Shown piece by piece: positions 1 through 12,737 of a DNA stretch of 64,000 bases. The DNA comes from Podarcis erhardii (Eukaryota), in assembly GCA_964252035.1 (NCBI GenBank), contig OZ176200.1. One strand, 5' to 3'. Positions within the stretch are counted from its first letter, which is position 1. The number at the start of each line of letters is the position of its first letter. The position numbers were made by a program, and so were the translations under genes. A model generated the notes under the pieces. The model did no database searches, was not told where the DNA came from, and saw nothing but the letters and a program-made list of their open reading frames with translations.

Positions 1-162
1 GAAATCATCAAATTTTGCAAACAGAAAATCAAAGCATGTGATAATATGCTGTCTGTAGCTGCCACAGAATAGGGGCAGGCCAGGAACTACTTGCTGTAAG
101 CAGACAATATCATTAAGCTGGTCAGAGTGCCATTCCTTGGCACACAAGTGTATAACAGATTC

Positions 163-295
163 ATAGAATCATAGAATTGTAGAGTTGGAAGGGACCATGA
201 GGGCTATCTAGTCCAACCTCCTGCAATGCAAGAATTTTTTTGCCCAACATGGGGCTAAAACACACGATCCGGAGGCTAAGAATCTCATGCTCTTC
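163..295 (-). mobile_element. tRNA-derived SINE with CR1-type 3' tail (Squam3-like)
   Basis: The reverse complement reads agagcatgagattcttagcctccggatcgtgtg...ttgggc (tRNA-like head), then ttgcattgcaggaggttggactagat...cccttccaactctacaattctatgattctatg (CR1 tail with attctatg repeats). The family name is from memory and was not searched. Confidence 0.75.
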
Positions 296-438
296 TGTCT
301 CAAAATGCTCCATAAATCAAGTATGATACCACAGCTGCAAGAGCTGTTTGTTGCAAAAAAGGGAAGCATTAGTCCACTCTTCTAAGAAGGCCAAGTGACA
401 ATACCAGAGCTGCACTCTAAGTTCAAAACAAACCAAAA

Positions 439-544
439 ACCAGAATACATTTCAGGGGCAAATGGAATAACCTATCTCTGAAGCGAAACTACCAGAATAC
501 ATTTCAGGGGCAAATGGAATAACCTATCTCTGAAGCGAAACTAC
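439..544. repeat. Perfect 52-bp tandem duplication
   Basis: accagaatacatttcaggggcaaatggaataacctatctctgaagcgaaact occurs at 439 and again at 491 with no mismatch. Confidence 0.95.
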
Positions 545-1156
545 AGAGTTCATGAAAGGCGGGAAAGCTCTGGATAATAGCAGAGATGAGAATGGCACTA
601 AAGAGAGGTTATACTGCATTGTCAATTTTAAATAAATAATTGGAACAAACTCCCTCCAGTCTAGTAGGACCTTTAAAGACTCTACTTTAAGGAGAATGAT
701 TCCATCACATTAAAAATTTAGCACTACAGTGGCTAACAGGTTAAGTTAAAACTGAAAAGCCCCTGGCTCAAAATGTCACCTCTGCCATAAGCCCCATGTG
801 TGGCTTTAGATAAGCAATTATATGTGAATCTCAGCTTGCCCCCCACCCACCTCCACCCTTAGCTGCTAGACTGGGATAATATTAGTGACCTGCCTTACAT
901 GTTTGTTGTAAGGTTTACAGAGAAAATGCACATGATGTTATTTGAAAACTAAAGTGCTATATAAATGTGTGCAGCACTATTTCATTTCTAATCTGCAATT
1001 TGGTGTTTTATTCCTTTTAAGACTGCAACACAAAATACACAAGGTATCATTCTTGTGTGCCTAGTTCATTAGATTGGGCTAGTGTTCCTGAGTTGTATCA
1101 TGTTATAATTCTCTTCAAAAATATCTAATCAGAATAAAGTGTTTGATTCCTTAGCA

Positions 1157-1293
1157 CAGGCATAGGCATACTCGCCCCCCCCAGATGTTTTTGGCCTACA
1201 ACTCCCATGAGCCCTAGCTAACAGGACCAGTGGTCAGGGATGATGGGAATTGTAGTCCCACAACATCTGGAGGACCGAGTTTGCCTATGCCTG
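1157..1293. mobile_element. Non-autonomous hAT MITE (~137 bp)
   Basis: TIRs caggcataggca..ctcg / cgagtttgcctatgcctg; perfect 8-bp TSD ccttagca (1149-1156 and 1294-1301). Confidence 0.9.
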
Positions 1294-1440
1294 CCTTAGC
1301 ACTGCAAGGCATGTTTGACACACAGATGTGATCTACATGCACTTCTGTAGTTCCTGCTCTCTGCCTAGCTAGTCCCCTAGGCACCAACACACATGTGAGA
1401 CACATTTTCTTGACGCCTTGTGCTTGATGTCATTCTATAC

Positions 1441-1576
1441 CAGGCTTCCTCAACCCCGGCCCTCCAGATGTTTTGAGACTACAATTCCCACCATCCCTGA
1501 CCACTGGTCCTGCTAGCTAGGGATCATGGGAGTTGTAGGCCAAAAACATCTGGAGGGCCGAGGTTGAGGAAGCCTG
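1441..1576. mobile_element. Non-autonomous hAT MITE, same core family, opposite orientation to 1157-1293
   Basis: TIRs caggcttcctcaacc / ggttgaggaagcctg; perfect 8-bp TSD ttctatac; the internal ctacaactccca...gaccactggtcc core is the reverse complement of the neighbouring copy. Confidence 0.9.
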
Positions 1577-2453
1577 TTCTATACAAACCCAGAATGGGAC
1601 TCCTTTCATGGCAACAGAATGCTGGTTAGGCAGGGTTCCTGTCCTGCTGAAGAAGCCCTATGCATGTGTATTCCACATGTACTTGCACAGAACCCTTCAA
1701 AGTGATGCTGAACATGCAATGTTATAAGAACCTGAGTGATGTTGTCATCCAGATTAGCATCCACATTTTCACTGCCCCGCTTCATGCATTAAGTACTCAT
1801 AGGTGAGTGCCCAGGAGTGTCATTTTTAATCTGGCAAATGCCGTATTCTAAGGAAGTGGCCAAGGCCTGCACTTCCATATTGGCCTTTGCAGTATAATGT
1901 GGTTTCCCTGAAGTTTATGCCTGTTGTATTTATAATAGACTTTCATCCAAGCTTGCTTTGTTGGTAACTTTTACACTGCTGGGTAACAGTTCTGAGGTGG
2001 TAACAAACAGCTTCAGTGCTTGTGTCAGGAGAAATAAAACTGTTATTATTTAAAACACTTCAAAGGCCACACTTTAACTCCACAGCTCTGCAGAGTTGTC
2101 GTGAATAAAAAACAACAACCAGGCTGTAGAACACCAGGCTGCCCCCTCAACAATAAGCTGTCTTCTCTCCAACTTACTTTTGGATTCCTGCCAGTTGCCC
2201 ATTTGCTTTACACCATCAATTTATATTCACTGAGATGGTGTAAGGTTCTAGAACAGAAATTATTATCAAATTTGCCTGCCAAACATATGAGCAGCAAAGC
2301 TGGTCTTTCAGAGGCCTTTGTGTACAATCCAAGGACCCAATTCTGTAAATACTTTCTGCTATGTATTCAGTACTTTTAAAGACTCAGCAAAGTCAAAGGT
2401 ACTACACCTGCTAGTAGAAAACTAAAAGCAAAGTCAGATTATGATGTTCTTAC

Positions 2454-2483
2454 CTCCATCATTTTAAGTTGTTCCACTAGCAC
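2454..2483 (-). CDS. Candidate 30-nt internal exon (VLVEQLKMME)
   Basis: Minus strand ttttttttttaaaag|GTGCTAGTGGAACAACTTAAAATGATGGAG|gtaaga; only phase 0-0 is open. No homology recognised. Confidence 0.35.
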
Positions 2484-3209
2484 CTTTTAAAAAAAAAAAA
2501 CAACAAAAAAAAAAACTCCAGATGGGTAAAAATGCAACAGAATTAGTTAGCATTTTGGGCATTATCCTTTTATTTTATTTTTGTACACTAACTGTTTGCC
2601 AACATTTATTATCAGTTACAAAATGTGCTATTGTTTTAACAAGTTGCACACTGGAAGAGGTATACTGAGAATACCTCACATGTTTTGTATGGAGCAATAA
2701 CCCCTCTGTGTCTGAGATGAGTCTGAATTCTCTTTTCAAAATGTGGGAAGTCTTTTGCACTTTAATGAAAAACGTCTGTCCTGTAAGAATGACAGGTTTC
2801 AGTGGAACTATGTGATTATACTTTAACAGTGGAGCATTGCTCCACTTAGTTTGAAGGGATTTACTCCTAGGTAAGTGAGCATAGGATTTCAGGTTAAGCA
2901 TGCAGCTTCATCATCTGAGAGAAGAGATCAGACACATAAATGGCCAAAGACAGAACAGAATTTAGCTGGCCATAAGCCAAAACCACTTCCCAAGCCATTT
3001 TCCTCCCAGTAGGTTCTGAGATTAGATATAACCTCCAACAACCGCTACACACACACACACAGGAAGAAAAACACCTGTGGAGAAGTGGTTTCAAGGGAAA
3101 GTGAATGCAGGAGCACCACATTCTATGCTTTAGTTTGTCCCCACACTACTTTAGTGAAATTTTAGCAGGCAGGGTACGCCACCATAAAGTGTAATTAAAA
3201 CACAAGTTG

Positions 3210-3457
3210 AACATCAGATTGCACTAGAAACGGCAGACTCCAAAACGTTGTGGAAGACTGTGAACTTATGCTCAAAAAATGCATTTAGGATGGTAAAAGC
3301 TACTGCAACTGGGAAGGGAATGTAGAATGTTTCATATAATGAAGATGAAGTTTCTCTGAGTATGCTAAATGCACTCTGGGCAAATGCTCTGAGGAGAAAA
3401 TACAAAGAAGATGGAGATGCAGCTGAACAAAGAACCTTATAGGAGCCAACTACTAGA
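3210..3457 (-). mobile_element. Decayed non-LTR retrotransposon ORF2 C-terminal fragment (RTE-X-like)
   Basis: The minus translation ...AFFEHKFTVFHNVLESAV resembles the AFTLARFNVLPSAV-type segment of squamate LINE ORF2. A similar segment occurs near 58800. Confidence 0.4.
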
Positions 3458-3613
3458 GGCTGTGGGGGCTTCGGCCCCCACAATAAAAGATTTGAGGGGG
3501 CCAGGCCCCCACAAAGTTGATGGGCATTCCCATTCAAATGGTCTGTGCACACTTCATCACATGATCCCTCTTACCTGGGCCCCCACAATATTTTATTCAA
3601 GTTGCCACCCCTG
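3458..3613. mobile_element. DNA-transposon MITE fragment
   Basis: GC-rich with repeated ggcccccaca motifs; ends in ttgccacccctg, a CAGGGG-type terminus. Confidence 0.5.
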
Positions 3614-5195
3614 AAGAGCTGGATAGGTTTGGATGCAGTAAGCAAAAATCTCAGCACCAGAAGAAGCAAGAGTTAAATTACAGGTGTTAATGCTGTGAGG
3701 AGGCCATCTATAAGCAGTGTCCAGCAATGGAGAAATATAGTGTATGTAACAAATGTGGTCACTTTATTAAAGCATGCAACCAGTCTAAGAGAGATAAGAA
3801 GAAAGTTCAATAGAGGCAAGCAGATACCTCTCCACCCATCAGTGCAGAGGAGGCCTTTTACATTGGCATTCTGATAAGAATAGTCCCAAGTCCAGAGGAG
3901 TGAAACTGATATAACTCTTCAACATAAGTGTACGTACTAAAACAAGGAGGCAGTGCTGGGAATGAAAATCTGCCATTCAGAACTATTAAGCTAAACTGAA
4001 GGTCTTCACACTGAACACAGATGCCTTTGAAGGTACAGGCAGGATAGATAATAAATATGATGTTGCACTGATGAAGCCAAACAGGCCAATGGTACATGGT
4101 CTGTGTAGGTTTCTTTGGTACTTCAAATAATTTAAATGCCTTTGTGATATTTGGAATAATTGGAAAGGGGGTGGATTAGTCACTCATCAGTGGTGGTCTG
4201 ATGGATTCCTGGTGGAAATAGCGTAAATATCATTTTCCTACCAGGGATCCTAGTAACAGTCAAGTCTCTGATGTGGGCAGTAGACCCAAAGCCATGACTT
4301 CTATTTTCCCTATGCTACAAGATTACTTCTGTGGATTCCTAGGACGGAAAGAAGGGGAGGAAAACAATCTGGTGCATTATGAGCTCCTTTGAGGGTTTTG
4401 TGAGAGTTGTTTTGGAATGCATGCAAAGCCTAAAATCCTTTCGAGTGAAGACCTCACTTGTCCCTTGAACTCTCGGTACTTACAAGTGAACTTGAGGAAG
4501 TCATTTGCAGTGAGGGGAAAAATAGGATGCTCACCGGTCAACCAAGCTTATATTTGTGTACCCCTGCCCGCTTCAGTGAGAGAGCTCCAGCAATGGAGAG
4601 TGCTAGTCAATTAATGTGATAATGTTACTCTGGGCAGAGGAGAACAGGGGATACACTGTCTCCTGCCAGCATTTAGCAAATTTAATACAGGCAATGACCA
4701 TTTTGTGTGGGGGTTGTGTTCCTTACCCTCATGCGTGTTGGCAGAGCACATGAGAGCCCACTCCATCCCATTCTCTCTCCTTTTCCAGCCACTTCTGGGT
4801 TGCAGTGATGCACACAAAAATAGAATTGCCTGTACACAAACAAATCCTTGCAAGATGTGGAGGCTATGCACAGGGTCAAATGTATGACTTGATGTTGTTG
4901 TAATTTAATTTTGTATGCTGCCCTTTATCCATAGATATCATGGCAGTTTGCAACATCTTATTGTAGATGTGTACTCAGTACAAAGAGCTCTTAGGGAGCA
5001 GAATCATTTCTTTGAGATTTTACTTGGAAAGCTCAGAAATGCAGAGAAGTATGTAGACAAGCCCTTTGGGGACACAGTAGAAAGAGAGAGAGGTCTGTTT
5101 CGGAAAACAAGGGTTTTAAGATAAGTCAGTTCATACTGATGTAGTAGGATACTATTCATGAAAAAGGAATACACCTCTCTGGTATTGCATCCATA

Positions 5196-5325
5196 GCAGG
5201 GGTGAGGAATGTGTAACCTGTCAGATGTTGTTGGTCTACAGTTGCTATAATCCCTGCACTGGCTACTCTGGCTAGGGCTCATGAAAGCTGGAATCCAACT
5301 ACCACTGGAGGGGCACATGTTCTAG
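5196..5325. mobile_element. Older diverged copy of the ~137-bp hAT MITE family
   Basis: caggggtgaggaa...cagatgttgttggtctacagttgc...ggctagggctcatg resembles the copies at 1157 and 1441. Confidence 0.6.
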
Positions 5326-6069
5326 TTCTCTGAGCTATAGTCTCTCATGCCAAGGATGAGAGGGGAATGCAGTCACAATGGGAGTTTGCTACAGAGAGGT
5401 GTGTTTGCATGTGTGACATACCTATCTAGTGAAAAAGGTGCGGACAACAGTCACAATCTAGATGGGCAAGTAAATGTTAATTCATGAGAGGCATCAGTAG
5501 TTTTGTAGCATACCAGTTCCTATAACATCGGTAAATATAGTTCTGGAGTCTCGGAAGATAAATTTAGCTTACAATGTTGAAGGAGTGGCTCTTCAGAAAT
5601 TCTACCCGTTCCATATATAAGGTAAGCTAGACCAGTAGAGCTAAAGGTTTTCGGTATTTGAATAAGATAGTGGGAAAGAGCTTTAGATTTACTGAACACT
5701 GGGCAGCTTTGGGAGAAAGGCTGAGCTATGCAAACAAGAGAGGCTCCATTTGTGCTACAATGGAACCAAACTGCTGGTTCTTAAAACAGTAGTAGTAGTA
5801 CTGTAGTAGTAGTAGTAATAATAAAGTTTGCATAGCAGTTTTATAATTGACATGTAGAACAAAGTTGATAGTAGAAGTATATGGGTGTGAGATAACCTCA
5901 GTTAGGGGCTATCTGAGTGTTCTGTGTCATAAAAGAGAGGACAGGATAGACCTCAGTCCAATAGATGTTATTGACAAGTGAACCAAAACAGTGGAGGATG
6001 AATCAATAGCAAAATCCCCATGAAAAGGACACATAAAGAAGAACAATATAGATAGAGAGGAGTGTGTGT

Positions 6070-6890
6070 GAGTGCTCACATGCTATTGCTGGAGGTCTTA
6101 AAGCAAGATGGGTGAGTTCCAAAACCTACTATCAGAATAGAATGTATAGGAGGGATATCAGAAACCTGATAGAGAAGTGATAATCAATGGGATGCAATTA
6201 TCCATAATTATAAAATTTACAGAAAATGCAGATTGAAGTGGCAATGTTATTGCTTTATATGTCAAGGAGGCTATTGTATGCAATAAATTAGAAACCCATG
6301 GGAGAGTAAATTAAATCACAAAAATCCCCCTAATGAATGTTCCAATTGTAATCTTGAGGCGGGGAGCAAGGAGGCAGCCAAATAAACCCCATTAGTCTTC
6401 TGATAATGTCTCTCAATTTACATTATTATGATTCAGTAAGTTTTCTAGGGTCTAATATTTTGTCCTAAACATCCCCAGTCAAATAGCTTGATGGAAAATG
6501 CGATGAAAATTGTAAAAACAACTGATGAGAAAAGCATCAGACTCAAACACAGATACATATTTTGTACTTTCATTGACAGGCAGCACAATTAAAGCCATGG
6601 AAATTGCTGAAGATCTGTTCCTCAACAGAAAAACCAGGAACATGAAGGGAAGAACAACAATGCAGTGCCCCCAAATAACCTTTGAAGTTCAAACTCATAA
6701 ATTGCATAAGAGAGTGAAACAAAAATAGCTAAGAAAGAAAGTAATGTGTATCACTATATCAAAATTAAGTGACAAATCATGATTGCATACTGGTAACAAG
6801 TGGGTGCAGAAAACTGTCATTAAATAAAGAGGTTGCAGCTACATCTTATGAAGCCTTCATCTCTTACAAATTTTGAAAGATGAGAGGAAA
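6070..6890 (+). mobile_element. Highly decayed CR1 LINE ORF2 relic (endonuclease and 3' pieces)
   Basis: Degenerate segments such as tataaaatttacagaaaatgcagattgaagtggcaatgttattgctttatatgtcaaggagg resemble the CR1 endonuclease motif Y-x-LYRRDR...GGGVALYVKE; many stops and indels. Confidence 0.5.
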
Positions 6891-8228
6891 TACTAAGGGG
6901 GGGGGCAGTCAGAAGCATCAGGAAGCAATCCAACATGCAAAGTGGGAGGGGGGGGTCTAGAAATTAAACTACAAAGGTATAGTCATTTCTGGAGTGAAGG
7001 AATTCCAGAGAACAGTGTTAATAACCTGGGGCTAAAATGCTAAATGGCTAGAATGTTCGCTTACTAAGTAAAAGGAGAGTTGCAAGGATCATAGGTATCC
7101 ATGGAAACATGTGACTGTACTCTAACAGCACCATCCTTATAAAAGAGAAAGTGGTTGGACACAGAAATGTGGGCAGGCTCATAGTCCAGGAACGAGGTTA
7201 GATACATAGCAAACCACCTTAATAAATAAACCTTTCATTCTGATAAAAGACTGCTTGCAGGTTCCTTCTAGTAGAGATTACAAAACATTACACCACCTAC
7301 TGACAGTCTTATCCTAAGCTTTCCTTGGAAGTAAATCCCACTGAGTCCAGAGGGATTTAGTTCCTAATAAGTGTGGTTAGAATTGTAGCCATGTGGCATG
7401 ACCCTGCTTTGTTTACTCAAAAGTAAATCTAATTGATTCAATGGGTCTTACTTCCAAATAAATGTACTTAGGATTTCTGGACAACTAATGCTGCAGTCCT
7501 AAGCATATTTATCTCAAGCAACATTGTATCAAACTCACTGGTACTATTTTCTGATTAATTTTAATAGAATATTTAGGGAGGGAAGCACATATTTTGCATG
7601 GATCGTTTGCATTTGTTTTGATGAAATTCATATCATCAACTTAGTTCAGTTTTGCCATTTAACTTCCAGGATGGTGGGCCTGATTATTCCATAAACAAGT
7701 TTATGTGTTGTACAGGACCTCAGAACCATGGAGACACTCGTGTTTAAAAATCAAAAGGTGTAGTTCTTACATCAAACAAACTCTGAGTATGGTGGACCTC
7801 AGAATTAGCTTTCTTAAATGAGAATATTACAAATTCCAAAATGTAATAAGCTTGTGAAGCTTTACTAAAATGCTTTCTGTTTTTAACAGTTTAGCTTTAA
7901 AAGCAGAGTGCCTCGTATATTTGTGAAGGGAACATTTTCTTTATGTATTAAACCTTTTGAACCTTCTGAAATTAGCATCCCCTACCTTGCCTCCCCTGGA
8001 AGGCAGTAGAAGTTGTATTTAAAAATAGAGAATTAAGCTTTAATCATGAGAAGTAGAAGCAAATGGCAAAGGAACAGGCTCTGTGAATCAATATAACTGC
8101 CTCTGCGAAGCAAACTGTCCTTTAGTTCACAGCTATATAACTGTGACAATACACAAGGAACAAACACAAGAAACATTTCCAAATGTTCTTGTTTCAGCTC
8201 ATGAAGGAAGGCTTCAGACTGCTTAAAA

Positions 8229-8248
8229 ACTTGCCACCTGGTGGCTCC
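8229..8248 (-). promoter_or_regulatory. Candidate CTCF site
   Basis: Minus strand CCACCAGGTGGCAA matches the CTCF core CCASYAGRKGGCRS at 13/14 and lies in sequence with no recognisable repeat. Confidence 0.5.
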
Positions 8249-9264
8249 AATCATCCCCAGTGAAGCCTGAAGCCTTTAATTACTACCACCACCATTGGAC
8301 TTGGAGAGTCCTTGCACAAGACACAAATGGAGCTTCTCAAAACTCATGTGCAAGAAACTGATTTAATTTCCCCATCTCCTTCTCTTGCTCCAACCTAATA
8401 CTACAGGATATCAGTTGGAACCAGCACTTGCTGTGATTATGTAAGCAGAAAGAAGCTCACACAACTGATCCTTCTCCTCCTCTTCCCTTTAGCATCCTGA
8501 AATGCTCCTCCCAAGCAATGAAGTTGTATCACATGGAGCACAGGGGGAAATATGGGGAAGGAAAGAGAAACATCAGTTCTGCAAGGTGTCTTCTGCTCAT
8601 GCAACTACTGGATACAACAGTGAGTGCCATTTGTCCCGAATATAGACAGATTCAAGACTGCAAAATAATTTTGTTTAGTTTAATATGAATAAATTACTAT
8701 AAGCAATGGATAAGCAGCATGAGCCTATAGTTATAGTTATGAGTGTGATTTACTCCCAAGTAAGTCTACACAGACAGCATGAACAGAAAAGGGAATTTAA
8801 TCTCCAACTGTGCCCAAAAATTCAGCCATGCAACTTATTCCTATGCATGTCTACTAGAAGCAAGGCAGACTAGAGTTCAATGGATTTACTTCCAGGTGAG
8901 AATACAGCGGATTTCAGCTTAGTCATTGTAAGGTCATTCTTGCCAATTCAGATTCTTCCCTGATTATTATTCTCCATAGTAATAGACCACATGTAGATCC
9001 ACATACTACTACATTCACAAAGTGTGGTGGGGCTGTTTATGCCATTCTGCCTTATCAGCTTCATACCTCACTTTCATGCACCGAATCTACGAAGCACGAT
9101 TCTTCATGCATTAATATTCAGCCAAACACACTAAGAATCCCCCTTCACATTTTCCTGCTCAATGTGGACACTGGTAATGGGGTTGGTATGTATGACCTCT
9201 TGCCCCTGCATGTTCTTTGAACACTTGAATAGGACTTATGGTATCACCTGGGGTTACAGGCACT

Positions 9265-9720
9265 TACCCAGGGTTGGTGTTTCCCTTTGGGGAATGAGGC
9301 ACAGCAGAGACTGTGGTGTCTTTATGATATATGGTCTATTTACACATATATACAACCAGAGCCTACGATGGAGGGCTTCACAGCATTAACACCCCAAAGG
9401 GGTCTTGTTTCTCCCATAGTTGCAGCCTTCCATTCAAACAGAAATCAAAAATTGCTCTCGAATGTTGCCCTAACTCTCTCCAGCTTGCTGCTTTACTTCA
9501 AGGTCATATCCTTTCACTCACCACTCCAAACTCTGGCTTCAGTCTTCTAATTAATGGCAACTATGAGCTTGGGGGGGAGGGGCCTCACCCATTTGCCATC
9601 TCACACAGAGCCTGTTTCCTTTATTTCCCTTAATGGCCCATCAACACAGGAAGCTAGTCTGGCATATATGTTAATACTTGCTGGATCCAGGGGTTAGAAG
9701 GATCTTGAATACAGCCTATT
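9265..9720 (+). mobile_element. Solo-LTR-like repeat (end related to 48420-48955)
   Basis: The 5' part (gtgtttccctttggggaatgaggcacagcagagactgtggtgtctttatg) is shared in inverted orientation with 48850-48955. Boundaries are approximate. Confidence 0.45.
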
Positions 9721-11754
9721 TCTTCCCCCTCAAACTCATAGCAATATTTATTTCCTTTATGAATCACTACTCATGAGGCACCCCAAAGTGATTTACAATA
9801 TATTACAATCAAAAATCGATTTGAGTTATCCCTTAGACACCAATGAGAAACCTAGATATCTCTGTCTTTGTCTCCATTTATGAAACATATGCAGGTTTAT
9901 TCAGTACTAAGTTACTATACTTAGGACGGCAGCTTTAGATAAATGAAGATCAGGAATTGAGAACTTATGTATAGTACAGCATATTTTAGTTACATGCCAA
10001 AACAGAGTCCATCTTTTTAATTAAAAAAAGAAAAGAAAATTAAGAAAAAGGAGGGAAGATCAATTTATGACTTTATGAATATTTTTCAAAAAAATTCTGT
10101 TCACACTGGCATCACCATTTCTTGCATGTCAATACAAGTGGCCATACTGATTTCTTCAGCACAGAGTAAGAAAGTGGTTCAACTGAGACAATGGGTCTTC
10201 TAACTCTTGCCCTTATTGCCTGTATCATAAATCCATAAAGGGGGAAGTATGGTGAAACCAACTGGCAAGTTCAACTGAGAGATAAACATCAACACCTTTT
10301 TAATGACTTGTGTACACATTGTAAACCAGAGAATCTTTATACAAATAAACCAGATAAATCAAACATGAGGTGAGGATTAGAGAGAAGCAATTAAAGCTTT
10401 ATGGTGAGGTTGATGTAGGAGGGACCTGTAACACATTAGAGCATATAACAGAAAATGTGTTAATACAGACTACAGTGTGTGCAGTTAAATTAATTAGTTT
10501 TTTTGAAAAAAAATTCTAAAGCAATATGTTCATAGACAGGTAAGTTGCTAAAGCACATGGAATAAATAAACATTTAGTTTAGTTATTTATTAGAGGACTG
10601 ATGAAACTGGGAAGGGCAGAAAGAGAGATCAAACTTTTTAAAAGACGGATGCGATAAAATCATAGCTAATTTAGGTATTTTTAAGTTGATGGTTGCTCCA
10701 TGCAGAAAATAAAATGCATGATGAGATGAAAAACACCCTACTAGGTTGCATTTCATTGACTACAGTTAGGGTCCACAATCTTTTGATGCATATTTGTAAT
10801 TTTGAGAGAATTTTGAGTGAACCCCTCAACTTCTGGTTGCTTCTCCTCCTTCCCTCCCACCCTCCCTTGCAGCAAAAAGAGAGAGTGCATATGCATACAT
10901 ACAGTTATATTGTTTTTCTAAGATCTTCTTGAATTTGCATGATTTTATATGGGAGTCTATAAAACCCACCAGCAAATGAAAGCTTACGGTGGTAGATTAT
11001 AAAGTAAAAATTCCAAATCCAGTGTTTTCCAGCACCACAAATCCACTGATTTAAGGAATGGATCCTCATCATTTTTACATTGGTTGAGAACACCAGCAAA
11101 TCATGGGACACATTTGCTTACACAAATGTGACCTATGATCTGATTATGGTTTTGAGAGGATCCCTTGCAAACATTATGAGGATCTGTAAGGGAACTGTGC
11201 TTTAGATTATATATTTGTACCACAGCGCCTCTTGAAAGCACCATATCTGTGCTTTTTACAGTTTAATCAATGGAGACAGTCCTGATCTGTGATTTGATGG
11301 TGGAGGGAACCTATGAAAAAGTCATGCAATTTCAATGTTTGTTTTATTGCATTCAAGTTGTGTGTGCCCATGCTCTGTCCCAGTAGCTTGCAGAAGCAGT
11401 GTGGGTTGGACAGCAGTGTTTTCTGTTATTTGACACATATGTCAACAAAGGTAGATTGATGGGCCCAGATAAGTTAAGACCTAGAAAATAATATCCAGCA
11501 ATTTGTTATAAAGCTCAAGTTAAGTAGTAGTAGTCAGGGTCAGGTCTTACCTTTCCTGGTCCATCTAATGTTTTGAGAATCCTTATCCTCTATCCTTTAA
11601 ACTGTGCTTAATATACCTCAAATGTAACTCCATTACTTTTTACACTTTATAATACCAATTGCTCAACAAAACATACCAGTACTAGCGGTAGGTCTGGTAA
11701 TATACGTGAGGATGCTGTTTGCTACTTGTAGTATGAAGAACTAGGGCCCCAAAA

Positions 11755-11756
<2 letters not shown>

Positions 11757-11798
<42 letters not shown>
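11757..11798. repeat. (GT)n microsatellite
   Basis: About 21 perfect GT units. Confidence 0.97.
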
Positions 11799-11800
<2 letters not shown>

Positions 11801-12672
11801 AGTTGCTTGTTCTAGCAATAGCAGACTTTCCTTTATGCATCTCCAAAGCAATAAGAACTTTGCCATCATAAAACAGAATGCTTTTAAGTCTTTCCCAAGG
11901 GAAACAGTATATGCATAGTTTATGTAAAAAGGAGAAGAAAGTAAAGGTAAGAATTCTAGTAAGGAGTAAAAAATTAACAGTTCTTTAACAGCCTAAGAAA
12001 TATGAACCATTGCTTTCAATGAAAATACATAGGGGACTATACATTCTGCTAAGCTAGATCTTTTTGTAACTGGGGTAAGAAAAGTGATGGAATATGGCTC
12101 ATCTCGTCTTATCTAAATGAAACTACTATACATCTACTTATGAGTCTTTACTCCATAAGAGCATTTTAGTCAGCTTCATCCAGAATCATGCAATTACAAA
12201 ATATCTGGTAAAGAAAAAGGTGAAGAGAACAAGATTTGGAAGAACCCAAAAGAGCAAGTAACATTGACTCTAGAATGAAAAGCTTGGAAATATTTTTAGA
12301 ACATTGGGCACACACACTGAAACTGCCCCAAGCAGCTTTATGTTGTGTGACTGGATGATTTGCTGCTAGTATACTGCTGCCAAAGTCTCACTAACTTTGG
12401 CATGATCTCAGAAGTATTCCTTACATGAAAGAACACTCCTCACCAACAATTTCTGCTGTAATATATTAACCACAAACATATTTCAGCCAAGATCAGACTT
12501 GGAAGTTCGGCTGGATCCCAAAACCCATTTTCATATGGCTTAAATCCATTGGCCTCAACCATGTTGTTACAGATTTGTAATGCTGAGAATATCTGGTCCT
12601 TATTTTCCCACTCTCAGGTGAATATATTCAAAGCAAAATTCCTATACCATATAGCAGATCTCATTACACTTC

Positions 12673-12674
<2 letters not shown>

Positions 12675-12711
<37 letters not shown>
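12675..12711. repeat. (TG)n microsatellite
   Basis: About 18 perfect units. Confidence 0.97.
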
Positions 12712-12715
<4 letters not shown>

Positions 12716-12737
12716 AACTGAAATCTACAGGAATTAG

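Noticed and set aside
12600-12625. Recursive splice site-like tattttcccactctcag|gtgaat (also ttttgcttcag|gtgaag at about 16480)
   Set aside because: The donor halves are suboptimal and such juxtapositions arise by chance; no supporting evidence.
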